The position numbers were made by a program, and so were the translations under genes. From Eledone cirrhosa (Eukaryota): 64,000 nt of DNA. Under the pieces are notes generated by a model. The model had not been told where the DNA came from. It did no database searches and saw only the letters and a program-made list of their open reading frames with translations. Below, piece by piece: positions 1-13,546 of the stretch. The stretch lies in contig OZ024742.1 in the NCBI GenBank assembly GCA_964016885.1, positions 99,448,001-99,512,000 on the forward strand. The letters are read 5' to 3'. Each line of letters begins with the position of its first letter. The first letter of the stretch is position 1.

Positions 1-288
1 ACACACACACATACCTACGCATATATATATATATACACACACATATCACACATATATATGTATGTTAGTGTGCGTATGTGTATGTGAGTGTAATAAGCCA
101 TATACTAATAGTTCTTAGACAGTCTGGAGGTGAACGATCGTATGAAGCACTAAGCGGATACCTTAATAGAATAAAACATTTTCAATACTTAGAACATTAA
201 GATAATAGACAGAGGTGATGTATATTTGGATTAAACAGATTGATATCAAATATACATTGAAATACAATTATATATAAAAACAGAAACA

Positions 289-331
<43 letters not shown>

Positions 332-413
332 TAATATCTAAACATACATACATATATATGTATCTATCTAGATATACTTATACTTACCTACTCACATACG
401 CACACATATATAA

Positions 414-484
<71 letters not shown>

Positions 485-486
<2 letters not shown>

Positions 487-595
487 AACGAGTAAGACCC
501 CGACGGCTGAGCTCAAGCCGTTTCGACGGCTAATTCTGGACTAAATGAAAATTTATCCTGATATTTGAATAGCCGAGCTTCTCAAGGGGTAATTC
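485..595 (-). ncRNA. Type I hammerhead ribozyme, U3-A8 core variant (family A)
   Basis: Minus strand: acccc-UUGAGAA-gcucggcua...uagccguc-GAAA-cggcu-ugagcuc-agccg-UC-ggggu; stems I, II and III pair. Confidence 0.8.
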
Positions 596-950
596 AATAT
601 ATGGTCAAAGTGATTGTCACAGGGATTGGTCAAAAGTTAGTAGTTGAGACATAATAATTCTATGATGGCAAATTAGTGGGGGGAAGGGGTAGCTAAACCT
701 GCCAGTAGGAGAAAGAGGGAGAGGGGGTGGAGTAGACCTATTCATGCGTTGGTAGTGCCGGCTACAGCTGGGCGTGAGGTCAAAGAAGATACTAGGGAGG
801 GGGAGGGGGTGGAAGTCGAAACAGTAAGTAGAACAATGAGGGGTAAAAATATAAAAAATACTGAGTGTTGAATAGCGAATAAATGTAAAAAAAAAAAAAA
901 AATAAACAATTTCTGGTTACCACGACCTAAGTCTATCGCTATTGCTAGGC

Positions 951-989
<39 letters not shown>

Positions 990-1096
990 ACTAGGTTGGA
1001 CGGAATAAAAAAGACCCTTTTAAGAGGTATAAGTACGTATATCATACGGTGACGGGTCAACAAAGGAGGGGCCAAAAAACTAAAGAAACTACCAGC

Positions 1097-2134
1097 TTCT
1101 TCCGCGACTGGGGATTTAAAATAACCCTACATACGTACCTGACCCGAGTAAACTTCCTGGACGTTACCCTCGACCTCGATAATGACCTGTACTACCCATA
1201 CAGGAAACTTAATGACAACCTGCACTACATCCACCGCCGATCAAACCATCCTAGGAACATCACCAACAACCTGGTCAAAAACATCCCCCTCCGCATATCC
1301 CGTTTGTCAGCTAATGAGCAGATATTCGATGAACATGCGCCTTATTACAACCAGGCCATCAAGCGGAGTGGTTTCCGGGAGGAAATATCCTACTGTCCAG
1401 CTCCCATTGGCGGAACCAGCAAGCGACACCGCCGCTCACGCAATGTAACATGGTTCAATCCTCACCACAACGCTGAGGTGACAACTCCCATCGGGAAAAT
1501 ATTCTTTAGGCTCATTGAAAAACACTTCCCACTACAACACCGCTACCACAACATAATTAACAAAAATACCATCAAACTCTCTTACAGCACTACACCAAAC
1601 TTCGCACAAAACATCGTCTCCTCCAACAACAAAAAACTCAACCCCGATAGAAGAAATAACCTAAATAGCAGTGGAGAGCCGACCAGGAGGTGCAACTGTC
1701 CTGATGGATCCATTTGCCCCCTCGACAACAGATGCAGAGATCGTAATGTGATCTACCAGTGCAACGTGAGGACGGACACCTCCAACAAAGCTTATATAGG
1801 ATTAACCGCATGTGACTTCAAGACCCGGCTATACCAACACAGACATACCTTCCGAAACCCGGCCCGGCGTCACGCCACTACACTTTCGGGCCACATATGG
1901 GACCTCAAGGATAACAACATTACCTATGATCTCACTTGGAGATTACTGTCCAGAGCCAACTCTTACACGGGAGGACGCCGTCCGTGCAATTTATGCTCGG
2001 AGGAAACTTTACAAATGGTGTTTTCGACGGACCAACTCCTAAACAAGAAAGATGAACTGGTTACTGCATGTAAACACAGATTGCGTAGGACTTACCTCGC
2101 CCTCAAACCCCATAATGACCCGGGGGGGGGGTAG
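1097..2134 (+). pseudogene. 5'-truncated PLE ORF: RT C-terminal part plus GIY-YIG endonuclease
   Basis: Motifs VNFLDVTLDL, SNHP, WFNP, CNC-x4-CP-x4-C linker, NVIY...YIG, CNLC...E...LN...CKH. The N-terminal residues of the 1049 ORF come from the inverted arm. Confidence 0.88.
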
Positions 2135-2949
2135 ACTAGGGCTATAACACCCCACTTGCTGATTTTGCAATGGGTAACCCCTGCTTGCTAAGGGAGACGT
2201 AAGATCTTCTAAGATCTTATATTTTTTTATCGCTTCCTCTATATTTCCTTCTTCCCCCCATCCCTTTTTAGCCCTTCCACCCCAGTTCTTTTTCTTTGTC
2301 GTCGTCTTCTTCTCGCCCACCCGAGGCAGCCCCTCGGTCCTTTGTAGCCTCAGTACCCCCACCCCTTCCCCTATTCTATGATAGATTTGGTCGAATCCGC
2401 TTTTTATAGCAGATGTGTTAGACCCCGGATACTTGCCCCCTTATCCGACCGCTGCGCTTTTTTCCGTGCCTTCTATATTTCTTAGTGGCATCTTTGCTTT
2501 AATTTCTCGTTTAACAGTATTTTTTTTTTTTTTTAGGGGGATTCTGAATTAATTTTCCGTATTTTACTTTTATCTTCGTACGAACTTTCCTGTAGCTTGT
2601 ATAAGAACTTTAGTATCGTGGCGGTACCCTTAGAGTTAGTATTAGTATTCTCTTTCGGGACTCTGAATTATTATTTGTACTAGTTTACTGTTTTGCACGG
2701 GGTGGTTGCTGGCCTTGTGCCTGGGGTAGAAACTTTAATTATTTCATGGTAGTTTCTTTAGTTTTCATTGCATTTATTGATAGGTGACGCGCGTTTCGCC
2801 ACTGATCAGCTCAAGGTTCGATCTATATCGATCCTACCCGACTCAATAATCCGCAGCTCGACGGACCCTCTTAAAATGCTATAAGAAAACGAAATACATG
2901 CTATATGGTAAAGTCAGAGATTCAAGAGTTTGACAAAATGAGTTGTTTT

Positions 2950-4650
2950 GATTGGTGGGAAGGAACAAGGCGATGTACTGGCCTGTAGTGTATATGGGGG
3001 TGGGTGTGATGGTGAGATGTCGGTGATGGTCGGTGGATGAGGTGGGCTGTGGTGTGGTGGGGGTGGATGTGATGATATGGTGGTGGTTATGGTTGCTTAG
3101 TGGGATGGGCTGTGGTATGAGGTTAGTGGATTGTCAGTGGACGAGTTGGAGTGTGTGTGGGGGTGTGGTATTGGTGCCGTTGTCTATGGTAGCGGCGTTT
3201 GTGCTGGTGTGGTGGATGTATTGGTGGCGTCAAGTTCCTTACCTAGATACATAGCTAGACGCTCATCGTCTGACAGATACTTTGTATATACGTATCAGCA
3301 CACACATATATGTATATATGTGCACACATATTGTTGTATAAACACACCCACTACAAAACACACACGCACATCCCTGCCCACACATATCGACACACGCTCA
3401 CACACAGCCATATGTATATGTACACACATGTATGTGCGTGCGCGCATGCGGCCACGAATATGGAGAGTGGGGGTATCGGTGGGGGTGGCGAACGACAGAG
3501 ATGGGAGGAAGGTGAGAGGCAATGTAGAAGGTGTTTTACATATGTACATACACATACATATACCCATACAGACATATGGGTATGGGCACATGGACTCACA
3601 CTCACGTATACAAAGTATACACATACACACTCACACACACGTATACTCACACATATATATATATACAGACACACACACTATTGTTGGTTGGGGAGTGGAG
3701 GTATGTGTTGGTGAAGTATGGAGTTGTGTTTTGTGGTGGTGGTGGTGGGGTTGTGAGGGATACAAATATATATACAGGATCGAATACCGGTTAAAAGGTG
3801 ACATGGGGAACGCGGGGGAGAAGTGTTTATGGACGTACGGCGGTGTGTTGTGGACATGGTGATGGTGATGGTGCTGGGGTGATATGTTCGACAATATGAT
3901 TACATGATCAGAGGTTACGGTGTGTTATAGGGTAAGGCAGAAGGGGGGTGGGGGGTATATAATACAGTCGATCTGGGAGCGAGGGGTGATATGTGTTGAT
4001 GATGTTAATGATAATGATTGTTGAAGTATTTGGATGTATCTAGTGGTGGCGGTGGTTGTGTGTGCGTGCGACAGTACAATTACAGGGTCGAATTTAGCGT
4101 GGGGTTGTAGGTTAGGGTAGATAGAGGGAACATGGGGGGATGAGGTTGTAGGTGTGTATGGTAGGCATATGACGATGTGTGGTGTGGTGGTGATGGTGTG
4201 ATATGATCGACATTGTATTTACAAGGTCCCTTGTCATTGTGGATTGCAAGGTAAAACCTATCGTAGGAGACCGATCTAATACGATGTTGCAACGATAAGG
4301 TGTGTATGTTGATGTGAATTTTGGTGGTGGTGATGTTGATGTGTGCGGCATGATATACAAATGCGGGCTTAGAAATGGTTACATGGAGTACAATACAATA
4401 AGTTCATTGAGGTGGGCGATGGTCAGACGGGGTATAAGTGGTTATTAATATGGTGTGTCATGGTTAGTGTGATTTTTGGTGTGGGTTATGTATGCGGCAT
4501 GATATACAAAATACGGGCTTACATATGGTTAAATGCAATACAATAAAATAAGATAAAGTAAAGTAAGATTAGAATTAAAATTCGTTGAGATGGGCGATGG
4601 TGATACGGGGCAGATGTGGTTATTATTATGGTGGGTCATGGTTAGTGCGT
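2950..4650. repeat. Degenerate GT/GGT- and CA-rich low-complexity region
   Basis: Strong G/T strand bias with imperfect (GT)n, (GGT)n and (CA)n. There is an imperfect internal duplication at about 4340-4470 and 4490-4650. Confidence 0.6.
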
Positions 4651-4839
4651 GGCCCTCCCGCGAATGTTGGTTTTCACTTCAATTATTGTAAAGAGAGAGA
4701 GGGTGGGGGAGAGAGATACGTACATTAGCGATTACAGTGTCAGGCGCTTTCGGATTATACCTCTCTCTATGCCTACTCTTTATCTCACCACGCATTGAGT
4801 ATTCAAATGAATCGTATTCTCTTCCGTCTCAGCACCGCA

Positions 4840-4924
<85 letters not shown>

Positions 4925-4969
4925 TCTCCCTCTCTCACCCTCTCCCTCACCCTCTCGCTCTGGCTACCT

Positions 4970-5036
<67 letters not shown>

Positions 5037-5122
5037 CATATCCGAATACAAAAAATAACAAACGACAACGCAGGAGTACATGTTACAAATGGTATTAGGT
5101 TCACGCTTAGTGAGAGTGGAGT

Positions 5123-5155
<33 letters not shown>

Positions 5156-5164
<9 letters not shown>

Positions 5165-5552
5165 TAAGAGGAATTCCAACTTTGTCTGATTTACTCGTTT
5201 TATTTACAATCCTTTAAAATATATATAATATGGTATTATAATGAAATAGTATGATAGAATATTAAATTCTAAGTGTTAATTGAACAAGTACTTTCATGCT
5301 TTCGCAATCTTCAGGTTCATGATATGTGGTGACAGTCGAGTTTGCAATTTTCAGTTGAAAATTGCAAACTCGACTGTCACCACATATCATGAACCTGAAG
5401 ATTGCGAAAGCATGAAAGTACTTGTTCAATTAACACTTAGAATTTAATATTCTATCATACTATTTCATTATAATACCATATTATATATATTTTAAAGGAT
5501 TGTAAATAAAACGAGTAAATCAGACAAAGTTGGAATTCCTCTTATTAATATA
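5156..5552. mobile_element. Perfect fold-back palindrome (about 198-bp arms) carrying minimal HHRs, adjacent to (TA)n
   Basis: The arms read as exact reverse complements around ...aattttca-gt-tgaaaatt... (about 5354). A related single-arm copy lies at 43786-43960. Confidence 0.85.
5390..5428 (+). ncRNA. Minimal type I hammerhead ribozyme (mirror copy on minus strand at 5281-5319)
   Basis: ugaac-CUGAAGA-uugc-gaaa-gcau-GAAA-guac-UU-guuca; palindromic loop III (aaguacuu), as in PLE minimal HHRs. Confidence 0.85.
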
Positions 5553-5602
5553 ATCTTCTATACACAATCATACACACCCGTGTATATTTACCTATCTATA
5601 TA

Positions 5603-5639
<37 letters not shown>

Positions 5640-6089
5640 GCAAAGTTTTATTTAAATTGTTGGGTTACAACGAGTAAATATTTATAACTGATATAAAAGC
5701 ACTCAACAAGTATTTGGAGTATATTTTCGATATGAAATAAATGGAAACTATATTTATAAAACCATATTTATTTCATTATATATATTTCAGGGATATCATA
5801 TTAAAAATATGGTATGCCTTCATCAGACAAAATACAATATAAACAGTCTTATAAATAGATAGATTTGACATACCTTACAACTTCAACTTCCATTTAAAAA
5901 GTTGATTTGGTAGTGAAAAATGTTAGGGACAGTTATAAAAAGAAAGAAAGAAAGAAAGCGAAGAAAAAGAAGAAATGCATGCAACGAAAAACAGAGAGAG
6001 ATAGATATAGAGAGATAGATAGAGAGAAGAAATTCATGTAAAGAAAAAACAGAGAGAGATAGATAGAGAGAGAAAAAAAACACAGAGGG

Positions 6090-6136
<47 letters not shown>

Positions 6137-7205
6137 ATAGAGAGAGATAGATATAGATAGAGATAGAGAGAAAGAAAATAGGTAGTTGGGCACCAGTTGA
6201 ATGACGTATCAATGATATATTTATTTATTTATTTATTTGTTTAGTTCTAGTATTAAGGTAGAGAGAGATATATGTGGTTAGGAGAGAAAACAGCCGTTAC
6301 ATAGAGAGAAAAGAAAAATATCCAGAGATAAACGAGGCAGATTTAAAACATTATGTTTCATCAATCTAAAAATATCAATTCGTATGAATTAGGTATTATA
6401 ATGTAAATATCAGTATTCATGAATGAGACACGTATCAATAATGTGTGAAAAATAATGATCATATGTCTAGTTTAAAATTCCTAGGTTTATAATCAGAACT
6501 GAGCTAAAAAAACTGAGATAAAAACTTCAAAAAAAATTGAAATACATAAGTATATATGCACTTTCATGAAAAAAGAAAAAGAAAATAGAAGGTTATCCCA
6601 GATTCGATACTATAGACTTCCATGTGAATTTACGTGATCAACTTTGCAAATTCCTATTTCACATGAAAACATTCTCATTGTGCTATAAAAATTCTAGTAT
6701 ACATATATGTGTACATACACACAAATATATATAGAATCTACATTAATTTTAACAATACTATTCTTGTCTTTACTCTACATGATTATCGTTCAAGCATAAA
6801 TAGACAACAGATATCAATATATCAATAAAAATATTAAAAAATTAAAAAATATTAAAAATAAAACACAGTATGCCCCGCAAATCAACCACAGAAATCAACC
6901 CTTCAAAATTAATTGACAATATATTGCCAAGTTCATTATAAGCATCAGAATCAAAAGCAAACAAAACCAAAATTATTTACCAAATCCTGTCTAGCAGAAA
7001 TCATTCCAAAAGTTTAGGATACCCATTTGATCTACAGATGGTCTTATATTTATTATAGAAGTTTATCTAGTGTAAAATTTATTCGATATATTTGGAGCAT
7101 CAGCTTTTAGGGTAGTTTAATTATTCATGAAGAATGTTTAAAAAAAAGAAATCGAAAGATTTATCGGCGAGTTTCATAAATAATTACAAATCATAAGTAA
7201 ATATA

Positions 7206-7447
7206 CTACATTTTAAATTTATATTTATATTTAAAAGTTGAGTCCAATCTATGTCTGCAGCAACTGAATAAATTTGTCCGTAAATTAAGGGAATTTTTAG
7301 ATTTCAGTATAAAGAATATCTCCTCCGCGCAGAGGTCACATGTCTCAGAAGATGAATTAAAAGGAATCCCTCTTGAGACTATATTCCAAGCCGTCGAATA
7401 TCCAACGTTATCATGCTTAAGTTGCCAGAGTAAGCCTGTAGAGTAAA
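7206..7447 (-). pseudogene. PLE GIY-YIG C-terminal fragment
   Basis: WQLK...Y...WNIV...CDLCAEE...LN.R...CRH aligns with the C-terminus of the family A ORF. Confidence 0.8.
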
Positions 7448-8423
7448 GATAATCATGTAGAGTAAAGACAAGAATACTATTGTTAAAATTAATGTAGATT
7501 CTATATATATTTGTGTGTATGTACACATATATGTATACTAGAATTTTTATAGCACAATGAGAATGTTTTCATGTGAAATAGGAATTTGCAAAGTTGATCA
7601 CGTAAATTCACATGGAAGTCTATAATATCGAATCTGGGATAACCTTCTATTTTCTTTTTCTTTTTTCATGAAAGTGCATATATACTTATGTATTTCAATT
7701 TTTTTTGAAGTTTTTTATCTCAGTTTTTTTATCTCAGTTTTTTATCTCAGTTTTTTTAGCTCAGTTCTGATTATAAACCTAGGAATTTTAAACTAGACAT
7801 ATGATCATTATTTTTCACACATTATTGATACGTGTCTCATTCATGAATACTGATATTTACATTATAATACCTAATTCATACGAATTGATATTTTTAGATT
7901 GATGAAACATAATGTTTTAAATCTGCCTCGTTTATCTCTGGATATTTTTCTTTTCTCTCTATGTAACGGCTGTTTTCTCTCCTAACCACATATATCTCTC
8001 TCTACCTTAATACTAGAAGTAAATAAATAAATAAATAAATAAATAAATATATCATTGATACGTCATTCATCTGGTGCCCAACTACCTATTTTCTTTCTCT
8101 CTATCTCTATCTATATCTATCTCTCTCTATTTTTTCTCTCTCTCTCTTCTCTCTCTCTCTATCTATCTCCCTCTGTCTTTTTTTCTCTCTCTATCTATCT
8201 CTCTCTGTTTTTTTCTTTACATGAATTTCTTCTCTCTATCTATCTCTCTATATCTATCTCTCTCTGTTTTTCGTTGCATGCATTTCTTCTTTTTCTTCGC
8301 TTTCTTTCTTTCTTTCTTTTTATAACTGTCCCTAACATTTTTCACTACCAAATCAACTTTTTAAATGGAAGTTGAAGTTGTAAGGTATGTCAAATCTATC
8401 TATTTATAAGACTGTTTATATTG

Positions 8424-8489
8424 TATTTTGTCTGATGAAGGCATACCATATTTTTAATATGATATCCCTGAAATATATATAATGAAATA
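8424..8489 (+). ncRNA. Minimal type I hammerhead ribozyme (mirror copy on minus strand at 5769-5834)
   Basis: uauuuugu-CUGAUGA-aggcauaccauau..auaugauaucccu-GAAA-uauaua-UA-augaaaua; 8-bp stem I with two G.U pairs. Confidence 0.8.
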
Positions 8490-8666
8490 AATATGGTTTT
8501 ATAAATATAGTTTCCATTTATTTAATATCGTATATATATATATATATATATTAGTTATTGCTCGCACCAACCTGAGGTATCTGATTTTTAATAATGCGAT
8601 GAAATACCAATGATGGTTGGCAAATCACTGATGAGGGACTAATTTTATAATATGTAATCCCGCGTG

Positions 8667-8708
<42 letters not shown>

Positions 8709-9794
8709 CACGCAGGATATTGACAGGTGCCTGGCTGAGTACATAATCCTGAAGTAGAGTGAAATATTCTTCATTGTGGCTACTTTGGAGTTCCACCTGT
8801 GCGTTCACAGCATTATCCACTGGTATATATATTTGTCTAGCACTCCCCATTTTGCACCTTTCATCTATTCTCCCTAAATTTCATGGTCAATAGTATAATA
8901 TTGACCATAATATGTGTGTATGTATGTGAATCTTTCTGTGTATATTTATGTGCTTCTATACGTATGTATTATCATGTGTATGCGAGATGACATTGTGGTA
9001 TTCTTGTAACAGTGAAATGATTTCTCCAACAATTCATATGTAAATTTAGACATCTGTACCAACTCCTCCTTTACTAACTATAAAACGAAAATGAAAAAAA
9101 ATTTGAATAATAATAGAAAATATTTTTCAAAAAATCAAACAACCTTTTGATTCGTATATGAGGGTAATGAAAATGTTGGAAGAAAAAAAGTAAAGGTTTG
9201 AAAACGAATAAAACAAGAGACCTCATAATGAAAGAGAAAAGAGGATGCTGAAAATAACACAAGGAATAAAGAAATGAAGAGCGGGGATGAAAAAAAAATA
9301 ACAGGCTTGCACCCAACATCCTATTTTGCGCAACCACAATGAACCTTTGTGTTTTCTTTTTTCTTCCTATTTTTTTTTTTTTTTTTTTTTTTTGAAAATC
9401 CATTTTCCATAATTAAGGGATGTTGAAAAAATAGATTTTAGATTACAAAAAAAAAAAATGCGTGTAAATATTAATTTTTTTTTCCTTTTGTAAAAAATAA
9501 ATAAAATTATTAATTTTAATGTTTTAGAAATAAAAGCAAAATGTGATTTTTTCTTCTGCTCATTTATTGCTAAACTTGAATCTTTATTCTGCAATTTACG
9601 CTCTAAATTTCGTGAAAAGTTAAAAAAAATCATAGAAAGAAAATCACTCAGAGAAAATCCGATTGAGCCGAGTATATTTTCAAATTGTAGGGGAGATAAA
9701 GAGAAAGGGGGAGAACGCGTGCATCTGTGTGTGTGTGTGCGTGTGTCGGACCATGTGTTTCTGTATGTATAGATGGGCGTAACATATAGTGTTT

Positions 9795-9854
<60 letters not shown>

Positions 9855-10241
9855 GTGTTTGTGTGTGTGCATGTACATGTGTATGTAGGGAGAATTCGAA
9901 GGTTTATGTGTATGTAGCTGTGAAATTATATGTTCTTCTGAAGGAGTGTGAGAAAGTCTGAGAACAGGAGTGTATGAGTGTGTGAGCGTTTACGATAAAT
10001 GAAACGTTGAGAAATGTATGTAAAGGCGAGAAAGATTAAGGGTGTACAAATGTTTGTGTGTGCCTATGTATGTAAATATCTCCCCCACTCATTTCCATCT
10101 TCCTCTCTTTTTCTCTCTATAAACGCACATGAAAACACACACAAACATACATATATATCTAAAGAGAGAGGTATCAAGCCGAACGCGAGGGCAAACGGGT
10201 TTACCTTTTGTTCATCAAGCCTTTCCAAGGGCGTGTATATC

Positions 10242-10312
<71 letters not shown>

Positions 10313-10321
10313 TATTCAAAT

Positions 10322-10628
10322 AATGGTTTCTTATATAGGCACAAGGCCAGCAATTTTGGGGAAGGGGAAAGTCGATTAAATCGACACCAGTGCGTGACTA
10401 GTACATATATAAAGGGCCGCAACTCTATGCTGCAAAGCATGATGTCCGACCCTCCAAAGATACTGCCAATCCACCGCCCTATTCAAATAATTGTTTCTAC
10501 TTTTGGCACAAGGCCAGCAAATTACCCAGTGTATTACTGGTACTTTATTTTATCTACCCCGTAAGGATGAAAGGCAAAGTTAACCTCGGCGGGATTTGAA
10601 CTCAGAATGGCAAGGGCCGTAACTATGC
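10322..10628 (-). mobile_element. Two partial tRNA-derived SINE copies (Meta/MESC-core-like)
   Basis: Reverse complement of B-box gagttcaaatccc and core gcctttcatccttacgggg..gataaaataaagtaccag, as in the array at 55707. Confidence 0.75.
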
Positions 10629-11022
10629 GTCAATTCAAATAATGACATTTGGTTGATCATATAATCCGCCAACCTTTTTTAAACTGACGTAAAGCACTCT
10701 ATGATTTGTATTCCTTAGGAATTTATCGGTAAGGTATCAACCAGTGTTTCAATATTATCTATAAGAGAGACGGTTTTATGTGTACATCTTCTGTTTATTA
10801 CATAGGTCTGTTACACGTATTTCAAAGATGACTACTGGACAGCAATGTTAACACAACGATGAACCAGTATAATATCAAAATCAAAAGCACCACACATCAC
10901 ATTCTGTCTGAAGAGAACATAACAGAAGTTTATTATGCAATCAATCGGACATCTTTGAAACACGTACAACAGAACTATGTAATAAACAAAAGATGTAAAC
11001 ATAGAACCATCTCTCTTATTCA

Positions 11023-11106
<84 letters not shown>

Positions 11107-11110
<4 letters not shown>

Positions 11111-12800
11111 ACAGTCTGGCTGGTCTACAGGAAAGCATTTGATTCTGTTCTACACTCTTGTGTGATAGAGAACCGACTTGCTAAAATTCCATAGCCATAG
11201 AGAACCTATTTTCTTCTTGGGCTATCATAATGGTAAAAATAGAGAAGAAGGACTCAATTTTCACGGATGAAATTGCATATCACAGGGGTACATTTCAAGG
11301 GGGCAGTCTCTCTGTGCTACTATATATTTTTCTGCTCGGGAAATGTGAAGGATACATAATTGGCTCAAAGGAGGACAGACATATGAACCTAACTCATAAT
11401 TTCTTTGTGGATTACCTGAAACTCTATGCCAAGAACATAAATGGGAGGAACAAAAATATTGACATGATTACGACGTTCTCATAGGTTATAAGAATGGAGT
11501 TTGACCAGGATAAATGCTTATATATGATTAACAAAGCTGGAAAAATTACAAGCCAATCTACCAACATTTTTATCAATGGCCTAACTGTTTCACCGATATC
11601 TGACGAGGACTGATGCACATACCTGGGGATATATGAAAATATATCCTGTAATAAGGAACGCGTAACCAGGGAATATTACACCAGATTAAGAAAAATATGA
11701 TCATCTGAAATCTCTGAACACAATAAAACAGTGGCTCACAATGTGTTTGCTGTGTCTGTTCAAGCACCAATGTTTGGAATAATTGACTGGTAGATAGACG
11801 AAACCCGAGATATTGATGTCAAAGCAATTCTAAACAACACCGGAAACTTCCACATCAACAGTGACATAGACCGCCTCTACTTGAAACATATAGCAGGGAG
11901 GCAGAAGTCTAAAATCAATCCAGACAGTCACGTCATATTCCTCCGACATCGTTTACGAACCCAAAGCGTAGGAGACCATCTATTGAGCAAGTCTGTCTAC
12001 ATGAGTCAGGTAAGATCATGAGAGTTGGGAAGGAACTCCTTGAAAGATACTCCCTGCATGAAAATGAAAACTTCTCACCCAGGGAAATTGCCCAGCAATA
12101 CCACAGTGAATACATGGATGAAAAGCTGCATGTTTATAAGCAAAAAACAATGCATGTATATGTTGCCAGTAAGCTCCAGAGTGAGAGTAATATAGATAAA
12201 CAAAGTAGTCCATCTTGGACCAACAAACACTATATTGCACTTTGAAGGATATGCTTTAGCAATTCCAAAACAGGAAATCAATACAAAATATCTGATCCAC
12301 AAAAGAGGTAAGGATGCAGACAAAGCACCAAGATGTGACAACTAAAACAGACTCTGCAGAATTAATATCGAAGATGTCCCCCATGTCATAAGCAGTTATG
12401 CAAAGATATCACCACGGTACTATGTACCTATGAGGCCGAAACAATATACAATGTAATCTGTAGAAAAGATAGCACCAATAATAAACATATATATAACATA
12501 ATATGAAAGAATACTGGTGGAATATTCCAGTCAAAATTCCAAAAGAATATAGACACAGTAGTGGAAGTTAGTTGCCCATCAAATCCCAATGAGGAATCTT
12601 CAGATACTCCACCTTGACTATACCTTCAGGTTTATACCTGTAATTATTGGGACATTGCGAAATGTTACAAACTGCCACGGTACATATCCTGAGAAACAGG
12701 GCTTCACAGAACCAGAGAGAACACCACTAGTTAGGAAATAACAAGTACAATCCATTGGAGCAGTAAAATATATAAGACATTCCAAAAATTCTGCAGGTAA
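11107..12800 (+). pseudogene. Degenerate R4/Dong-like RLE non-LTR retrotransposon relic
   Basis: Frameshifted motifs YRKAFDSV.HS, RG.FQG.SLS.LL, F.DYLKLY, EG....QEI.TK, RLC....E...H, WWN.P, VE..CP, PVIIG.L, collinear with the ORF at 20531-23878. Confidence 0.75.
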
Positions 12801-13449
12801 TAACTTCATGTACGGATACAAAGCAAATGCACATGCACACATATAACTCAAACGATCCACATCTACACATACAATAATATCCATACATGCACGCACACGC
12901 ATGCATGCAGACATGCAGACATGCAGACATAACTACGTAGTTGATGTCTTAATTCCAAGTTAGAAACCGACTCTTTTCACTTGGTAAAAATGTATAACAG
13001 TATGAAAACAGAACATACGTTCATACATACATAATACATACATACTTACACATATATACATAAATACATACATACACACATACATACATACTTAAATACA
13101 GACATACATACACACATACATACATACATACATACATACATACATACATACATACATACATACATACATACATACATGCATACAGAGCTCTCTACCTATC
13201 TTGGTATCTAATAAAAAAAATTCACGAAGACTGCAAACATAAAATCAAGTCTCAAAAAATAAAGAATAAGACAAAAATAACCATTAAAAAGAAAGCAGGA
13301 AGAAAATCTGTTTGACGTAAGGTAAGGGACTTGATTCAAATATAAAAATGGGATAAAAATATGAGGAAAATTATAAAAAGCATGTAAACCCGCGGGATTT
13401 GTATATTTTTTATAACTCTCAAGACGTAACAGAGTGTATTTTCGGTATT

Positions 13450-13482
13450 ATAATAATAATAATAACAATAACAACAATACTC

Positions 13483-13543
<61 letters not shown>
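13450..13543. repeat. (AAT)n microsatellite, 3' flank of Tx1-like copy 1
   Basis: Direct sequence. Confidence 0.95.

Positions 13544-13546
<3 letters not shown>

Larger units (their letters stand above)
485..2765. mobile_element. Penelope-like element family A, 5'-truncated with internal inversion: 3' end on minus strand (485-1094), RT-thumb/GIY-YIG/3'UTR part on plus strand (1094-2765)
   Basis: 485-1094 is the reverse complement of the 3' end seen at 63253-63885. The plus-strand part closely matches 61615-63270. A (TA)n tract abuts at 484. Confidence 0.9.
5641..8530 (-). mobile_element. 5'-truncated PLE (family B) with an inverted duplicate of its 3' region (arms 5728-6787 and 7448-8530)
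   Basis: Near-identical inverted arms of about 1.07 kb; the spacer holds a minus-strand GIY-YIG C-terminus; (TA)n on both sides. Confidence 0.88.

Noticed and set aside
8628-8716. CTGATGA-ggga...tccc motif and a short inverted repeat around TA
   Set aside because: No GAAA or stem I follows; at most a truncated relic.
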